Positions 12,006-23,455 of a stretch of 64,000 nucleotides of DNA are shown in pieces. The notes beneath the pieces were generated by a model. That model worked only from the letters and a program-made list of their open reading frames with translations, was not told the origin of the DNA and made no database searches. A program made the position numbers and the translations under genes. Source of the stretch: Scyliorhinus canicula (taxonomy: Eukaryota). Where the stretch lies: positions 56,591,549 to 56,655,548 of the forward strand of contig NC_052147.1 in the NCBI RefSeq assembly GCF_902713615.1, given 5' to 3'. The number at the start of each line of letters is the position of its first letter. Positions within the stretch are counted from its first letter, which is position 1.

Positions 12006-12347
12006 ATGACGGCGGCTCCGGACAAGCCGATCCAGGCTGCAGTGCCTCCCTCAGTGGAGCTGGGCTTGACTGTGGTTTACACCGCTCTGTACTCCCTGCT
12101 CTTCCTCTTCGTTTACCTGCAGCTCTGGCTGGTCTTGCACTATAAGCACAAGCGCTTCAGCTACCAAACGGTGTTTTTGTTTCTCTGTCTGTTCTGGGCA
12201 GGCCTGAGGACTACGCTCTTTTCTTTTTACTTTAAAAATTGTGTCCAGGCTAATCGGCTGGAGCCTTTCCCTTACTGGCTGTTGTATTGTTTCCCTGTGT
12301 GCTTGCAGTTCTTCACGCTGTGTCTACTAAACCTTTATTTTGCACAG
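12006..12347 (+). CDS. GPR137C: GPR137C coding exon 1 (lysosomal 7TM protein, GPR137 family)
   Basis: ATG at 12006. Encodes [41 protein letters not shown]...[24 protein letters not shown], a GPR137-family N-terminus. Donor CAG|GTATGT at 12348; 342 nt, phase 0. Confidence 0.95.
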
Positions 12348-13449
12348 GTATGTATGAGGGGGTCAAAACAAGAATAAATTCATGATTTTGCTTTGTATTT
12401 AATGTGTAATGGAACGGGCAATAGGTTTGCAAGAAACCGCAGAAACACCAGGCAAAGTGCTCCTATGTACGAAACTGTTTTTGTCCTTTTTTTTGTGTGT
12501 ATCCAAATTACAGCCTGTCTCATTCTGAGATGCGAGGCGCCGGTAACGTTTCTCCTACTGTATCCATTCCCCCAGATTGATGTGATTTACCACTAAAAGT
12601 GAGTACCTTAGATCTGAGAGAGGTGGGTTGGTGATATACTTTTGAAAGAGTACCTTGTCCGGGTAAATCTGCTAAATGTGAACCGTTGTATTGACAGCAA
12701 CGAGTAAAATGGGGAAACTGTTATTCCGCTTTGGGGTAATCACCAATTATGACATTAACTGGTTTGACGGCCCACTCACTGCCTCTCTGAACTGCGCTTG
12801 GAGATGACATTTTTTTTTAAGTATCCTTTATTCTGAAATCTTGGTTACAGCAGATTTTCTTCCGTTGCAATAGTTGCTGGAGATTTCCTGACGATTTCAT
12901 CCAGTTCAGGGGAATATTTTTTTGTTCTGCCCTTGCTTGATGCAGGTACTCGATAAATAAATTTCGAGGGACTAAAACGATTGCGATTTCCATTTGTTAC
13001 AACTTTGTTTTTCTGATTTGGTGAAGCAATTCGTATTCGACAGAGATGTCACGTCTGAGCCAGTCTTTCTGCGGTTAGATCTATTTGCTGAGTAGTTTTG
13101 CAAAGATGGGCATATTTTAAAACTCGCATTTTAATGCTTCACTCCTAAATTGCAATGTTTGTGTCGAGGTTATGGCGATGGTTGCATTTTATTTTGATTA
13201 ATTTGAAGCTTGTTCGGGATTCTTTACCGTACAGAATCAGTAAACAGTTGGACACTGGAAATCTTTTTTGTTTATTGATTTAGCGAGGTGATCCACCTCG
13301 GGGCTCGGATATTCTCACCAGGTCACTGCCTCTTATTGATCCCGGTTCGAACTTCAAACTTCCCCTCTCGCCAGTTGTGGGAATTCTACTGTTTCCACAA
13401 GTAACTGCACACAATGTTAATTATTCATTGTAAATGTCTTCTGCATTAT

Positions 13450-13772
13450 GGGGCAGCATGGTAGCACAGTGGTTAGCACAGTTGCTTCACGGCTCCAGGG
13501 TCCCAGGTTCGATTCCCGGCTTGGGTCACTGTCTGTGTGGAGTCTGCACGTTCTCCCCATGTGTGGGTGCGTTACCTCCTGTTTCCTCCCACAGTCCAAA
13601 GATGTGCAGGTTAGGTGGATTGGCCATGAAAAATTTCCCTTGGTGTCCAAAAAAAAGGTTAGGTGGGGTTATGGGGATAGGTTGAAGGTGTGGGCTGGAG
13701 TAGGGTTCTCTTTCCAAGAGCTGGGCAGATCCGATGGGCTGAATGGCCTCCTTCCGCACTGTAAATTATATG
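13450..13772 (+). mobile_element. HE1-like V-SINE (CR1-type tail variant)
   Basis: Same head and V-domain; tail GATGGGCTGAATGGCCTCCTTCCGCACTGTAAATT. Confidence 0.88.
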
Positions 13773-15280
13773 ATTATCTAGAATTACAAAAGTAAGTTGT
13801 CCTATGCAAATTAGAAGTATTCCATATAATTTATGAAGACCAGTACTCGGTGACTACCTAAGCAAACTGCTATGGAGATCAATCATTTTTTTTTAATTTC
13901 ATCTTTTTCACAAGTAGGCTTACATGAAGTTACTATGAAAATCCCCTCGTCGCCACACTACGACACCTGTTCGGGTGCATAGGGAGAATTCGGAATGTAC
14001 AATTCACCTAAAAGGATTGAAACTTGTTTAATAGCTGAAAGAATTACAGAGCAAGATTTCACATTTAAACATTTTTTAGTGTAACAAATGACTAAAACAC
14101 ACTGTTGACAAAACACTTTTTGTAGGCAACTGTACTTCACAGAAAGTGATATTCCCTGTATACGTATCTATCAGCTGCCTCACTCGCCCCAGAATTATAG
14201 TCCTCCGTTACTTCCAGCTTCCTATGGGTTCCCAAATTCGTGCTTAAGCAGCTAGCAACTCTGACCATCACCAGGAGTTTTTGGAGAGTTTCTTAAATCC
14301 AGCACCAGTAGTAAAGTTACTTCCAATGATTCTTCTTCTCCTCCTTAGCTGTGCCAAAACAAATCACCCAGAATCCATTGAAGGCTGCAAGACTTCTTTG
14401 ATTGGGGACTGTCTCCCTCTTGCATTCAACTGTGGCAACTGGCAAAATCAAGGAGCTTTTTCTTTCTGCTGATCATGCTTCACTCCTGCTGTCTCTGATA
14501 TTCTTTAATTTGTATGGAAGCCTGTAACCTGATCTCAAAATGGCTTCCTCTGCCTTTCCCATGGCAGTGGCAACACATAGCTATTCTACCTAGATACAAA
14601 GTTAATTAACCATCCTTGACCTCAACTGCCTTTCACCTTGGAAGTAAATAGATAATTCGCAGCAGAACAATTTACAAACCCAATACCTGCAGCACCTTTC
14701 TGGGACTTTGGAAAACTTGGGGTCAACACAGGCTAAACGTATGAGTTTGTTGTGTCCAAGCACAAATACTTTGCATCTTCTGCTCACAGCAAAACAACTT
14801 GAGCCTTACTTTGACCTTGAACAATTAAACCACCCAGGTATACTGTCAGCCTTACATCAGAACAAGTCACATGACCCATTCATTTACCCTCATTTTTAAG
14901 CTAGTCTGTCAATAATCTGATGTACCTTAATTGTTACCATTGTAATTGGGTGAACTGCCTTCAAGAACCAAGATCAAACTCTATTGCTATTCATGTTGTC
15001 CAGTTAATCAAATCTAGTTTCTGAATTATTAATTTAATGCGTGGTGGCCAGCTAGCTCTCTGAAGCTTCCTCCCTAGGCCTTAGCACTCCATTCCTTTCT
15101 CAAGCTTTTAATCACCAATATATTTGCTTCCCCCGTAGCATGTCCGGTCTCTCTTGTACTTTAGGTACCTTGGGCCTTTTTAACACCAAATGCAACTTGT
15201 GTAAAGAATAGTGACTCCTTCAATTTGCAACAAATTAGAAATTACAGCATACTAGATTCCTAGCCTTGCAACTGTTGCCT

Positions 15281-15532
15281 CTTATTGGGGACTTGATCTT
15301 CCTAGTATTGACATAGAATTCTGTGAATTCAACTAAAGGAAAACAACAAGAGTAACCATTAGACCTATAAGTAGCCTATTTATATTAGATTGCAGTATTT
15401 ACTTATTAGGGACCTGATCTTCCATGTATTGACATAATATTGACATAGAATTCTGTGAATTCAACCAAAAGAAAACAATGACTGCAACCGTTAGATCCAT
15501 AAGCAGCCTGTTTATATTAGATTGCAGTATTT
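15281..15532. repeat. Diverged ~120-bp tandem duplication
   Basis: CTTATT.GGGAC.TGATCTTCC...TTTATATTAGATTGCAGTATTT occurs twice (15281-15400, 15402-15532). Confidence 0.9.
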
Positions 15533-15639
15533 GCTCTGCAGGGCAAAGTGACTGAAGCAGTCTTCAAGATGAATGGGGCTCTTGCATGTCTAGCTCGTGG
15601 TCTTTCCAGTGAAAATTCTGTGATCTCTGCTTAATGGTA

Positions 15640-15828
15640 AATGGAGGTGGTAGAGGCGGGCACGATAGCATCATTTAAGAAGCATCTAGACAGGTATATG
15701 AATGGGCGGGAACAGAGGGAAGTAGACCTTGGAAAATAGGAGACCGGTTTAGATAAAGGATCTGGATCGGCGCAGGCTGGGAGGGCCGAAGGGCCTGTTC
15801 CTGTGCTGTAATTTTCTTTGTTTTTTGT
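15640..15828 (+). mobile_element. CR1 LINE 3' end
   Basis: VVEAGTIASFKKHLDRYM plus the tail GGGCCGAAGGGCCTGTTCCTGTGCTGTA. Confidence 0.75.
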
Positions 15829-16100
15829 AATACTAAATTTGCAAGATCACAAATTCAGGTTTTTAATATTTTGGAGTTTTGAATTGTATTGTCCCAGTTA
15901 TTGTGTGGCTTAAGGGAAATAACAGATAAAATGCATCGAGTATAAATAAAGTAGGCTTGATGCCTTCTACAGAAGCCCAGGGCACTCTTGCTTTGACTTC
16001 AGTTCAATTACAGTGATAAATTGTGTGCACATGTGCATATACCAATTGGGAGTAACGTCCCATAGAGAGCCAAGAAACACATGGCTGTCGGATTGTATTA

Positions 16101-16718
16101 AGGGCCTCAGTCGGAAAGGTGCAGCCAACGCTGCACACAGCCCCGTTTTGCACACTGAGGAGCTTCACTTGCCATAACTTTCCAGTGTAGCGAGATAGCG
16201 GGATGACATTTTTAAACGATATCCTGATCTCAAAGGCCCCCAAAGCGACCCAGCCTGAATGCACTATCAATGCTCCCCCACGCAGGGCACCCTGGCCAAA
16301 TCACATGCACAAAAGCTGAACTCGGGTGGCAATGCTAGGGTATCCAGGTAGCACTAGCAGTGCCAGGGCACTTCCCTGCCCAAACGGCATGCAGCTTGGG
16401 GCCTCTGATCCCCTAAGTGACCCCGACCAGTACCATACCGCCTGGTCTCTGTTTGTGGCAACCAGTACAAACGGCACTCACCTGAGGTCTCCGAGGTAAA
16501 GGGGATGAGCCTCAAAGCCTCAGGTACTTTGGGAATCTGCACATTGGGAATCTGCACATTAAAGGAAGACTAGCTGTCTTACTTTAATATGCAGATTTGC
16601 CAAAATGTGATCCCGCCTACAATCCCACCTTGCATCACAAGGTCTCGTGGCTTTTAATTGCCACACTGCGCCGCGGTGAGCTGCTTTTCGGGCACAGCGT
16701 GACCTTTGGATCGTACCC
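16101..16718. mobile_element. Possible PIF/Harbinger-like MITE
   Basis: GC-rich block bounded by TAA|GGG...CCC|TTA with weak subterminal inverted similarity. Confidence 0.4.
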
Positions 16719-17129
16719 TTACTTTAGACACTGCAACTCCAGATGAAGTGGGGTTGGAATTGACTGCACTCTGGCCTAGGGTGTCATAACAGGTATCAGC
16801 TATAATCAAATGGCATAATTAAATAGGAATGAGGGGCTGAATGGTCGAGTCCTATTCCTTTATTGGGAATTCATTGTTTATCGCGGCAGTACATTATCTA
16901 GTACCATGAAGAGGAATAAGAGCAGGGGCATTTTCTTCGCGAAGAAAATTTTAATGGAATAGGCTGTTTACACCTGTCTTGCTAATTATGGGATTATTCC
17001 CAGTTTGGGCAATGATTCCCAAGTGTTTTTATCTGTGCACTGGTGCAAAATGCAAGGTGCTGACATGCTGAGGCCATTTCAGAGAACAGGCCAGAACTCT
17101 CCTCTACATCCCTTGCATGACGTTTCACA

Positions 17130-17580
17130 ACTCTTCACTGGACAGACGGAGGCTGGGAGGAGACCTGATAGAGGTCTACAAAATTGAGAGGCATAGACAG
17201 GGTGGATAGTCAGAGGCTTTTTCCAAGGGTGGGTGTCAATTACAAGGGGGCACAGGTTCAAGGTGAGGGGGGGGAAAGTTTTTTTTTTTCTCGGCGTGGT
17301 GGGTGCCTGGAACATGCTGCTGGAGGATGTGGTGGGAGCAGGCACGTTAGAAACATTTAAGGGGCATTTAGATGGATACATGAATAGGAAGGAAATAGAG
17401 GTTTTTGAACCGAGAAAAGGCAGAGGTGGATAGATTCTTGATAAGCAAGGGATAGGTTATTGAGAGTAACCAGAGTGTATATTTGAGTTTGCTATCGAAT
17501 AAACCATGATCTTGTTAAATGGGGAGCAGGCTCGAGGGGCGAAATGACCTACACCTACTCTTGATCATGTGTTCATAACT
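17130..17580 (+). mobile_element. CR1 LINE 3' fragments
   Basis: TRGHRFKVRGGK..VVGAWNML..FKGHLDGYM followed by a CR1-type tail. Confidence 0.75.
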
Positions 17581-18136
17581 ATACCGGCTCCCAGGTGTGT
17601 GGCATAGGTTGCCATCAGCATTGTCGCTTTGTAAGCAAGATTTATTACTGTTGAAACAAAACCAGAAATAACTGGACAATCTCAGCAGGTCTGACAGCAT
17701 CTGTGGAGAAAGAGAAGGGAGCTAACGGTTCGACTCTGGATGACTGTCAAACTTTGTTTCAGATTCCAACATGTGCCATAATTTGCTTTTATTATTGTTT
17801 TTGTTGGATTAATATAGATGGAACGTAGGTATTAGTTTCTTAGATTGTGATTTTATAGCACATATTATTAGAATGTTTCATAATGTCTATAATATGTAAA
17901 TGTCTATGCTCTTGTACAAATTGATAATTTGTGATATTTAATTTTTTTTTAATTAATGCACAAAGATGTTACACTTTGTAGCAAAAGCAGTTTGATATTT
18001 GCTTAAGTTCCCATTTATTCTGAGTATGTTGCAGTGGCAAACAGAAGTGGGTTGGGTAAGACCGGTAGATAGTCCACAGGGTGTGTTGCCCTGGATGATC
18101 TGTGGAGGCAAGCAATTGTTTGAGAACCACTGAATT

Positions 18137-20036
18137 AGGACAGATCTGAGGCGTTCAAGGCAGACGACCCTGTCCTGTACAAGAAATCCAGGTACGACCT
18201 CCGCAAAGCCATTCGAGATGCCAAGAGAGAATATCAAACTAAGCTAGAGTCACAGACAGACTCTCGGCGGTTGTGGCAAGGACTAAACAACATAACGGAC
18301 TACAAAGCGAAGCCGAGCAGTATCTCTGGCAGCAGCACACCCCTCCCCGATGAACTTAATGCATTCTATGCTCGGTTTGAACAGGTAACCAACTATCCGC
18401 TGTCGAGTGCCCCAGCAGCCCATAATTCATCCATACCCACCATCACAATTTCCGAAGTCAGATCGGCCTTCCTGAAAGTGAACCCACGGAAGGCGATGGG
18501 CCCGGACGGGATCCCTGGTCGTGCACTCAGAGCCTGCGCATACCAGGTGGCAGAGGTATTCACAGACATCTTTAACCTATCCTACTCCACTCCGAGGTCC
18601 CCACCTGCTTCAAGAAGACCACCATCATACCGGTACCAAAGAAGAACCAGGCAACATGCCTCAATGACTACCGCCCGGTGGCCCTGACGTCAGTTGTAAT
18701 GAAGTGCTTCGAGAGGCTGATCATGAAGCGCATCACCTCCATACTCCCGGAACGCCTTGACCCACTTCAATTCACATACCGTTGCAACCGGTCCACATCC
18801 AACGCCATTTCCCTGGCCCTACACTCATCCCTAGAGCATCTCAAAAACAAGAACTCCTACATCAGACTCCTATTTATTGACTACAGCTCCGCCTTCAACA
18901 CCATAATCCCAGCCAAGCTCATATCAAAGCTCCAAAACCTAGGACATGGCTCTCCACTCTGCAACTGGATCCTTGACTTTCTGACCAACAGACCACAGTC
19001 AGTAAGAATGAACACCAACACCTCCTCCACAATAGTCCTCAATATCGGTGCCCCGCAAGGCTGCGTACTTAGCCCCCTACTCTACTCCCTGTACACACAC
19101 GACTGCATGGCAAAACTTGGTTCCAACTCCATCTACAAGTTTGCTGACGATACGACCATAGTGGGCCGGATCTCGAATAACGACGAGTCCGAATACAGGA
19201 GGGAGATAGAGAACCTAGTGGAGTGGTGTAATGACAACAATCTCTCCCTCAATGCCAGCAAAACTAAAGAGCTGGTCATCGACTTCAGGAAGCAAAGTAC
19301 TGTACACACCCCTGTCAGCATCAACGGAGCCGAGGTGGAGATGGTTAGCAGTTTCAAATTCCATGGGGTGCACCTCACCAAAAATCTATCCTGGTCCACT
19401 CACGTCGACGCTATCACCAAGAAAGCACAACAGCGCCTATGCTTCCTCAGGAAACTAAGGAAATTCGGCATGTCCACATTAACCCTTACCAACTTTTACA
19501 GATGCACTATAGAAAGCATCCTATCGGGCTGCATCACAGCCTGGTATGGCAACTGCTCAGCACAGGACCGCAAGGAACTTCAGAGAGTCGTGAATACCGC
19601 CTAGTCCATCACACAAACCTGCCTCCCATCCATTGATTCCATCTACACCTCCCGCTGCCGGGGGAAAGCAGGCAGCATAATCAAGGATCCCTCCCACCCG
19701 GCTTACTCACTTTTCCAATTTCTTCCATCGGGCAGGAGATTCAGAAGTCTGAGAACACGCACGAACAGACTCAAAAACAGCTTCTTCCCTACTGTCACCA
19801 GACTCCTAAATGACCCTCTTATTGACTGACCTCATTAACACTACACCCTGTATGCTTCATCCGATGCCTTGTGTTGCCCTATTATGTATTCTCATGTATT
19901 TTCTTGAATTTTGTTTAATTCCCTGTACTCCCTGTACACACTTCCATGTACTGAATGATCTGTTGAGCTGCTTGCAGAAAAATACTTTTCACTGTACCTC
20001 GGTACACGTGACAATAAACAAATCCAATCCAATCCA
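18137..20036 (+). mobile_element. Rex1/Babar LINE, 5'-truncated
   Basis: RT with [30 protein letters not shown] and KFADD; has a frameshift and a stop. Ends GTGACAATAAA + (AATCC)n. Confidence 0.9.
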
Positions 20037-20784
20037 AAACAATGCAATGCGCACACTTTCAAATGCTGTCTCTCAACCTTGCCTGTGGTACATTGCTGAA
20101 GGTTATTGGATAGGCGTTGAATGAAGGCCAGGACTTGAATCCCTGAAAAAACTTGAAATTGTTTGGTTCAATTTGGTCAGGACCCTGAATATAATTTTTT
20201 TTTAATAAACATAAAAGATTAAAAATAAAGTTGACATTTTCAGCAGTCAATCACTTCAAAAAGTCACTTGACCAGTCACTTTTTCCATCTACAGTTCAGA
20301 GTAAGTATCTCCTCCAGACCCATGTGATAGAAACTCTATACGCAACAAAAGCAGAAAATGCTGGACAATCTCAGCAGGTTTGACAGCATCTGTGGAGAGA
20401 GAACAAAGCAAACATTTTGAGTCTGGATGACTCTGTTAAAGCTCAGTAAGAAGTCTTACAACACCAGGTTAAAGTCCAACATGTTTGTTTCAAACACTAG
20501 TTTTCAGAGCCCTGCTCCTTCCTCAGGTGAATCTGTTAAAGCTGACAGGATATAGTATTTCTATCAAGCTCCTTATCTAGTTATGACATCTTTCTTCTTC
20601 CCAAAACCTGTGTTTATGATGGTACCCATCATCCCTGATTAGCCTAGTGGCTTCTATTCCATCTTTTATTCATCTGAACACTCATCCCCCACTTCCATAA
20701 CCAGCAATTTCCCGCGCCCCAGTTTAAATTCAGTACAGGTTGGGAATCGTCTCCATGGTCCAAAGCATTGCTCGCACCTTTTCT

Positions 20785-20925
20785 NNNNNNNNNNNNNNNN
20801 NNNNNNNNNNNNNNNNNNNNNNNNNNNNNNNNNNNNNNNNNNNNNNNNNNNNNNNNNNNNNNNNNNNNNNNNNNNNNNNNNNNNNNNNNNNNNNNNNNNN
20901 NNNNNNNNNNNNNNNNNNNNNNNNN
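20785..20925. other. Assembly gap
   Basis: Run of 141 N. Confidence 1.
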
Positions 20926-21049
20926 TGGGGAGAGGGTGCTTATTAATTCATGATTCATTTAATTAATTGAATATAAATTTGCAAGACACTGGTGGAATTA
21001 GATCTCTGGATTCTTCATTCGGTAATTAACCACTGTGCTATTGAAATCG

Positions 21050-22650
21050 TTTTTAAAATATTTTATTTTATTAACATTTTCAATGTTTTAAAATTTACAT
21101 CAACCCCTCACAAAACCTGAATCTCCTCCTTTACGACTAACGGTGACCATTTCTTTGAAATAAACACTATAACGGCTGCCATCTCTGATAAAACCCCTTG
21201 ATTGCTCCCCTCATTGTACTTAACTTTGTCGAGAAATAAGAACTCCGTCAGATCCCACAGTGACATTGAGACACATTTGGGATGGAGACCTCTACCCCAG
21301 CAGTATTCAACTCGGGGCAATCAGCAAGGTAAAGGCCTCCGCAGCCGTCTACAGCTCCGGCAAGCCTCACACGCCAAATATGACCACTGAAGGACAGGAT
21401 TTAGTATTTCTATCAAGCTCCTTATCTAGTTTTGACATCGTTCTTCCTCCCAATACCTGTGTTTATGATGGTACCCATCATCCAGCTCAATCTTCAGAAT
21501 CATCAATAGGGTGCTAAAGAACGAGACTATAAACCCAACGAGCTTGGGACACGACCAGAACATGTGTGCGTAGGTAGCCAGACCTCCTGAACAGCGCACG
21601 CACCTCTCCTCCACTCATGAAAAGAGGCAACTCATTTTGGACCTGCTCAGGTGTGTCCTAAAAACGATCTTGAGTTGAATCAAACCAAGCCTTGAACACC
21701 AGAACGTGTAGTTCACCCTGTGAAGGGCCTCACTCCATACCTCATCCAATATGGACCCCCAACTCTGCCCCCCCCCCCCCCCCAAAAAACGTGGCATCTC
21801 ATTTCTCTGGCTCGAACAGACGATTAGCACAAATGAGAGCCAGCTTCAACATTGATCCCAGCTTAAAATGTTGTTGAAATTGTCTCCATATCTTCAAAGT
21901 GGAAATAACCACTGGATTTGACAAATACTTTTCGGCAAGAAGTGGAGCTAGGCTAGGCAGTCACTAATGCCCCCAGACCAGACCCCCTACATCACCTCCC
22001 TTCGATCTCTAGCCATGTAGGGCCCCAAATCATGTCAGAATGTTCATCTTGATTGATTTGTCCTGCCCGCCAGGACAGAGGAAGGTTATCTCACCTTTGC
22101 AGGTCAAGGGGCAGCACGTTGGCACAGTGGATAGCACTGCTGTCTCACGACACCAAGGTCCCAGGTTCGATCCCAGCTCTGGGTCACTGTCTGTGTGGAG
22201 TTTGCACATTCTCCCCGTGTTTGCGTGGGTTTCGCCCCACAACCCAAAGATGTGCAAGCTAGGTGGATTGGCAACGTTAAATTGCCCCTTAATTGAAAAA
22301 AATGAATTGGGTACTCCAAATTTATTTTTTTAAAAACCTTTGCAGGTCAGTGTTGACTCTACCTACCAGGCCAGTATAATTCAATTTATGATGTCAGACC
22401 CAATCCCGAGCCACTTGAACCCCCAGATGCCTAAAACTGGATCAGGTCAAGCGAAGTGGAAGCACCCCCAGGTTGGTTCCCCTCCCCGAGGGGTTCACTG
22501 GAAAACGCTACTCCTTTTCCAGATTTAATTTAATCCGGAAAAGTAGCCAAAGCACCTCTGTAGTTCCATTACATCACCCATAGTGGTGAGTGGGTCAGTC
22601 ATGTAAAGTAAAATGTCATCAGCATACAGCATACTCTATCCCCTAATAGC
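21050..22650 (-). mobile_element. Decayed, internally deleted L1
   Basis: Fragments CVRCSG..HMFWSCPKL, WSEALHRVN and a YADD-like stretch near 22620; interrupted by a SINE and a 91-bp insert. Confidence 0.75.
22107..22335 (+). mobile_element. Short V-SINE variant with A/T-rich tail
   Basis: 14-bp TSD ACCTTTGCAGGTCA. Confidence 0.88.
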
Positions 22651-23225
22651 TATTGTGATCTAATGTGCAATACTGTAAATGTAACGCACGGATAGGCAAA
22701 TTTAAATTTCAATTTTAAAAGGTGCCTAATAACCAAGTGTTGTAAGCAGTTGAAATTGAAGTACCACAGGTTCTTGATCTTCAGAAATTACATGGGTTCA
22801 GAATATACATTGTTTATTCTAGCCAGCTGCATAAGATGAGTCTAATTTCATTGGGGAATTAGTCTATAATGCAAAACAGTGTGTAATTAAGCACTAGGAT
22901 AATTACTTGAGAATAATTAAGGCGAGGATAACTATTAGAAATAAACAACAGGCTACAGACTGAGATGGTTGCTACTTCTTGCCAAGTGTGGCTTGCAAAA
23001 TTAGGTGTTTGTCGTTATACTTTTCCAATGGAAGTTAAATCCATTTTCTGTCCCGCCTCCACTGTAATCAAACTGCCGCTCGAGCAGCAATAGACGGACT
23101 TAAGTTGATGCATTTTCTGAGCTGGTCGTCGTCCCCTCCCAATGTGTATTTCTGTCATTGGCTAATTTAAGTGTTAAAACAAATTCTCGATTTGGCAGGT
23201 GAATGTTGCATACATACTTTGTTGC

Positions 23226-23455
23226 GGGGCAGCACAGTGGCACAGTGGGTTAGCCCTGCAGCCTCACGGCGCTGAGGTCCCAGGTTCGATCCCAGCTCTG
23301 GGTCACTGTCTGTGCGGAGTTTGCACATTCTCCCAGTGTTTGCGTGGGTTTCGCCCCACAACCCAAAGATGTGCAGAGTAGGTAGAGTGGCCAGGCTAAA
23401 TTGCCCCTTAATTGGAAAAAATGAATTGGGTACTCTAAATTAAATTTTTTAAAAG
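23226..23455 (+). mobile_element. Short V-SINE variant with A/T-rich tail
   Basis: 14-bp TSD ACATACTTTGTTGC. Confidence 0.88.

Noticed and set aside
11572-12025. Overlapping 144-147-aa ORFs across the promoter
   Set aside because: Expected stop-codon scarcity in GC-rich DNA; no recognisable protein features.
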